From a virus: a DNA stretch of 42,658 nt. The notes below the pieces were generated by a model. It saw only the letters and a program-made list of their open reading frames with translations, ran no database searches and was not told the DNA's origin. The stretch spans positions 1 through 42,658 of the IMG/VR virus record IMGVR_UViG_3300045988_050593; one strand, written 5' to 3'. Below are positions 40,215 through 42,658 of this stretch, piece by piece. Each line of letters opens with the position of its first letter. Positions within the stretch are counted from its first letter, which is position 1. Both the position numbers and the translations under genes were made by a program.

Positions 40215-40291
40215 TTATTTTCCAGTTCCAAAATCCTTAGTGTTTATGCAGGTTTTGCCCGTGCGAAGCCCCTGTCTCTGACTCCGTTTGC

Positions 40292-40319
40292 GGGGGTTCG
40301 AATCCCTCATCCCCTGCCA
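40292..40319 (+). other. attP core candidate: a 3' terminal tRNA fragment (T-arm, acceptor, CCA), tRNA-Trp-like
   Basis: GGGGG TTCGAAT CCCTC ATCCCCT G CCA. No matching 5' acceptor strand (AGGGGAT) lies upstream, so only the 3' part is present. Confidence 0.7.
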
Positions 40320-40445
40320 AGAAAAAACCCGTCGAAAAAGCCAAAAAACCTAGTGTTTTAGGGCATTTCGGCGGGTTTTTTATTGCAATCTGCAAAAAAT
40401 AATTTCCAGCCATAAGTACAAAATGTGACATATCGTGACTATCAG

Positions 40446-40470
40446 GTGTGGGAAAAAGTGTGGGAAATTT
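40446..40470 (+). repeat. Two direct GTGTGGGAAA repeats (candidate arm sites, P' side)
   Basis: gtgtgggaaaa a gtgtgggaaattt, in the same orientation as the pair at 40193-40214. Confidence 0.5.
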
Positions 40471-40497
40471 GACGCGGCTTGCAGGGCATGATATAAT
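40469..40497 (+). promoter_or_regulatory. Near-consensus extended -10 promoter
   Basis: TTGACG, a 17-nt spacer ending in TGa, then TATAAT. Confidence 0.7.
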
Positions 40498-40503
40498 ACA
40501 AGT

Positions 40504-40611
40504 GTTCCAAACCTCCAACCATTGGTTTTTCACATCTCCATTTGTTGCCCCTCTTTCATCCTTTCATTCGCAAAGTAAGCGCGCCGCCCATGCCATAGGG
40601 GCGGCGCGCTT
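40504..40611 (+). ncRNA. Candidate small non-coding transcript (about 105 nt, pyrimidine-rich)
   Basis: It lies downstream of the consensus promoter. There is no ORF apart from a 2-codon ATG. CCUCC-like tracts are present (aacctccaacc, atctcc, cccctctttcatcc). It ends in a 13-bp GC hairpin at 40577-40611. Confidence 0.35.
40577..40611 (-). terminator. Terminator-like hairpin at the end of the accessory cluster
   Basis: aagcgcgccgccc / gggcggcgcgctt 13-bp stem with a 9-nt loop, 4 nt past the stop at 40615. The U-tract is weak on both strands. Confidence 0.55.
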
Positions 40612-40614
40612 GCG

Positions 40615-40920
40615 TTATATCGCGGCAATTTTACGCATCACGCTGGCATACACTCTGGGGTTTGCGACACTCAGGGTGTCCATCAGCTCGTCCATGACAG
40701 CCAAGAGCTTGTCATAGTCCTTGCCGGAGGCGGCAGCCATAAAGTCGCTTCCGCTTGAGACGGGGCCAGCGTCATACGAGTACGCTTCCGTGCGGCGTGG
40801 TGTCTCGCTGATCCTGTCGCGGATAATATACAGGTCAGCAAGCTTTGCGCAGCTTGAAAAGGTCGTTTCCTTGCTTTCCAGCTCTCCAATCGCGCGGTCG
40901 ATCTCTTTTCGGTCGATCAT
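40615..40920 (-). CDS. Hypothetical protein (101 aa)
   Basis: Start MIDRKEIDRAIGELE after the SD AAAGGGGG. Confidence 0.65.
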   Translation of the reverse strand: MIDRKEIDRAIGELESKETTFSSCAKLADLYIIRDRISETPRRTEAYSYDAGPVSSGSDFMAAASGKDYDKLLAVMDELMDTLSVANPRVYASVMRKIAAI

Positions 40921-40936
40921 GGGGCAATGCCCCCTT

Positions 40937-41329
40937 TCAGCCGTTTTCGATCTGCTCGCGGCAGCGGCGGATTGCGTCGCGCTCTTTGTCGGTGCTTGCG
41001 TCGCGCTCCATGCGGTCAAGGTAGTCAAGCATCTGCTCCCTACCATCGCCGCGGCTGTACATCACGCGGCCGTCCCGATAGCGGTTGTCCCGGCTGTAGT
41101 GGCCGCGCACATAGTGCGTGCCGCGCCGTCCGGCGTAGCTGCTGCCACGATCATACCCGTCATCGCTGTACCCGCCGTCGAGCATCTCGATTTTGTCGAT
41201 GTTTTTGACCGTGTCGGTCAGCTTATGCACGGTGTCAAGATCACCGGCGCTCATTTCGCCCTTGCGCGCGATCTCATCAAGCTCCTCGCAGAGCATATCC
41301 CGCAGGGTATACATAGCTTCCATGCTCAT
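40937..41329 (-). CDS. Hypothetical protein with an Arg/Gly/Tyr/Asp-rich central tract (130 aa)
   Basis: ORF with helical ends (LCEELDEIARKGEMSAGDLDTVHKLTDTVKNIDKIEM) and a low-complexity GYSDDGYDRGSSYAGRRG core. Confidence 0.65.
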   Translation of the reverse strand: MSMEAMYTLRDMLCEELDEIARKGEMSAGDLDTVHKLTDTVKNIDKIEMLDGGYSDDGYDRGSSYAGRRGTHYVRGHYSRDNRYRDGRVMYSRGDGREQMLDYLDRMERDASTDKERDAIRRCREQIENG

Positions 41330-41342
41330 TTTTCTTTCCTCC

Positions 41343-41765
41343 TTACGCTTCGCGCTCTGCGATCATGTTCGCGTTGGACACCGTGATCGCCTGCGTGCTT
41401 GTGTTTCTCGCCGCCACGGTTACGCAGCAGCCGCGCGGCACTTCCACAAACGCCGCGACATAGACGTTAAACAGGTTTTCCACCGCAGCGGGCGTGACGA
41501 CGGCCGTCGCGCTCGTCAGCGGCTCCCCGTTGATCGCCAGCGCGATAGAGATTGCTTCCACCGTGCCGCCGGTCGGGATGGAAACATTCGCGCCGAAAGA
41601 GACTTTGTAGCGCGCCTTGCACTGCTGAGTGAGGCCACGGAGCGTGACAAGCCCGGCTCCCTCTCTGTGGACGATGCACGCTTTCCCGGCGACGGCCGTT
41701 TCGGTCAGCGGGACGTTCTGGCCCGCTGCGACGGTCTGCGCGGCAGATGATGTAAATTCAGCCAT
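41343..41765 (-). CDS. BclA C-terminal / C1q-TNF-like jelly-roll candidate (140 aa)
   Basis: The pattern QNVPLTE...YKVSFGANV...ISIALAINGEPL...TVAARNTSTQAITVSNANMIAE resembles BclA-C domain strand spacing. There is no collagen repeat. Confidence 0.5.
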   Translation of the reverse strand: MAEFTSSAAQTVAAGQNVPLTETAVAGKACIVHREGAGLVTLRGLTQQCKARYKVSFGANVSIPTGGTVEAISIALAINGEPLTSATAVVTPAAVENLFNVYVAAFVEVPRGCCVTVAARNTSTQAITVSNANMIAEREA

Positions 41766-41985
41766 GATCCTCGTCTCCTTTCGATTTAACGGGCGCGGGC
41801 GAATACCCCAATCCAGAAATACCGTTGTATTTTCTCATTGTTTCCTCGAAGGTCGGCGTGTTCAGCTCTCGCAGGGTCTTCATCATCCCGCAATACGTGC
41901 TCAGATCCATCATGCTTAACTTTTTCTTGTCGATGGTGGCAAGATAGTCCGTTAAATCCTGCGTCAGTTCTTTCAGGGTTGCCAT
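41758..41985 (-). CDS. Hypothetical protein (75 aa)
   Basis: Start MATLKELTQDL after the SD GGAAGGAG. Confidence 0.65.
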   Translation of the reverse strand: MATLKELTQDLTDYLATIDKKKLSMMDLSTYCGMMKTLRELNTPTFEETMRKYNGISGLGYSPAPVKSKGDEDHG

Positions 41986-42100
41986 ATCGTTTTTCTCCTT
42001 CCAAATAAAGCGGCGAGGCAATGCCCCGCCGCTTGTGTTAGTTTCGGCTCGGGGCCGACCATTTTGCCGGTGTCGGCAAAAAGCTATCTCTATGGATTTT

Positions 42101-42658
42101 TCAGGCCGTGCAGCAGCCGTAAGCCGCCGTACCCGCCCACGGGTTGCATGACTGGTAAGCCGGAATCGGTGTCGGGCGAAGCGTGCTCACAAGGTACGTG
42201 TTCTGCGCTGCCTGGCTCGCCGCCAGCTGCGCCGCGAAGAGCTGCTGGTTCTGCTCGGCGATCTTCGCGTCCTTCGCCTCGATGCGCTGCGCGGTCAGGG
42301 CGTCAAGGATGGCGCGCGTGTTGCTGTTCTGGTTTTCGATCAGATCGCGCGTGCCGGTCTGCATGAGATTGCGCGTCTCGCAGCTCTGGGTCGCAAGGTT
42401 GTAATTCACGCCCTGAATCGCCTCGCGCGTCTCGCAGCAGCAGTTCTGCGACTGCATCTGCATCGCGGTCAGCTGCTGCATGAGCGCCGCCTGCTGGTTG
42501 CTGCGGGACAGCTCGGCCTGTGCAAAGCCGTTTGCCATTGTCATGTTGGTGCCGTTGACAAGCTGCGCCTGCTGGTAAAATCCGTCGCAAAGGCCTTGAT
42601 TTACACTGTCGATCTTGCGCTCGACATTGGCAAAATCAGAGGTCAGCACGTAGCCATC
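42101..42658 (-). CDS. C-terminal part of the junction-spanning membrane protein (Gln-rich coiled region with CCC and terminal GCC motifs)
   Basis: The ORF runs in frame into 1-251 through the terminal repeat. QSQNCCCETREAIQGVNYNLATQSCETRN ... NPWAGTAAYGCCTA. Confidence 0.75.
   Translation of the reverse strand, partial: DGYVLTSDFANVERKIDSVNQGLCDGFYQQAQLVNGTNMTMANGFAQAELSRSNQQAALMQQLTAMQMQSQNCCCETREAIQGVNYNLATQSCETRNLMQTGTRDLIENQNSNTRAILDALTAQRIEAKDAKIAEQNQQLFAAQLAASQAAQNTYLVSTLRPTPIPAYQSCNPWAGTAAYGCCTA
42597..42658. repeat. Terminal direct repeat, identical to 1-62
   Basis: Direct comparison of the two ends. Confidence 0.95.

Larger units (their letters stand above)
1..42658. mobile_element. 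Complete temperate siphovirus-type phage genome (circular or terminally redundant form, 42,596 bp unique)
   Basis: Integrase plus attP-like tRNA fragment, CI/Cro switch, Erf/SSB/RusA early genes, and terS/terL/portal/capsid/tail/TMP/fibre/lysis modules in canonical order. The two window ends share an identical 62 bp. Confidence 0.9.

Noticed and set aside
40240-40319. A complete tRNA gene next to the integrase
   Set aside because: Only the T-arm, the 3' acceptor strand and CCA are present. The complementary 5' acceptor strand AGGGGAT and a foldable anticodon arm are absent from the preceding 80 nt, so this is an attP core fragment.
40237-40533. 98-aa minus-strand ORF spanning the attP region
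   Set aside because: It runs through the tRNA fragment, the arm repeats and the consensus promoter. It has no SD and its translation is low-complexity.

Overview
The window is a complete temperate tailed-phage genome of siphovirus-type organisation, captured in circular or terminally redundant form. Bases 1-62 are identical to 42597-42658, which leaves 42,596 bp of unique sequence, and one gene reads across that junction. GC is high (roughly 55-60% by eye) and Shine-Dalgarno sites are strong GGAGG-type, so I infer a high-GC Firmicutes/Clostridia-like host. Almost all genes are on the minus strand. Module map: integrase 39086-40204 (+) with an attP-like tRNA 3' fragment at 40292-40319 flanked by GTGGGAAA repeats; CI-like repressor 37782-38141 (+) divergent from a Cro-like gene 37356-37547 (-); an early leftward operon 37344 down to 27389 carrying Erf, a NinB-like protein, HNH, SSB, RusA, ThyX, a PAPS-reductase-like protein and a C5 DNA methyltransferase; a late activator 25214-25621; packaging and head genes 24187 down to 16189; tail, tape measure and fibres 15792 down to 4570; lysis genes 4000 down to 1781. 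Beyond the lysis cassette, two tandem terminators precede a ten-gene accessory cluster of unknown function (1443 down to 1, continuing 42596 down to 40615) that ends next to attP. Three units run against the general transcription direction, each with its own promoter and/or terminator. They are a dCTP-deaminase/dUTPase-fold protein fused to a three-helix membrane module (24373-25179), a three-gene cassette (25780-26990), and a zinc-ribbon/TM/OB-fold protein inside the tail module (13106-13765). The dUTPase-fold-TM gene is my best candidate for an undescribed defence or exclusion function. All family assignments rest on motifs read by eye and on remembered family signatures; no database search was run.
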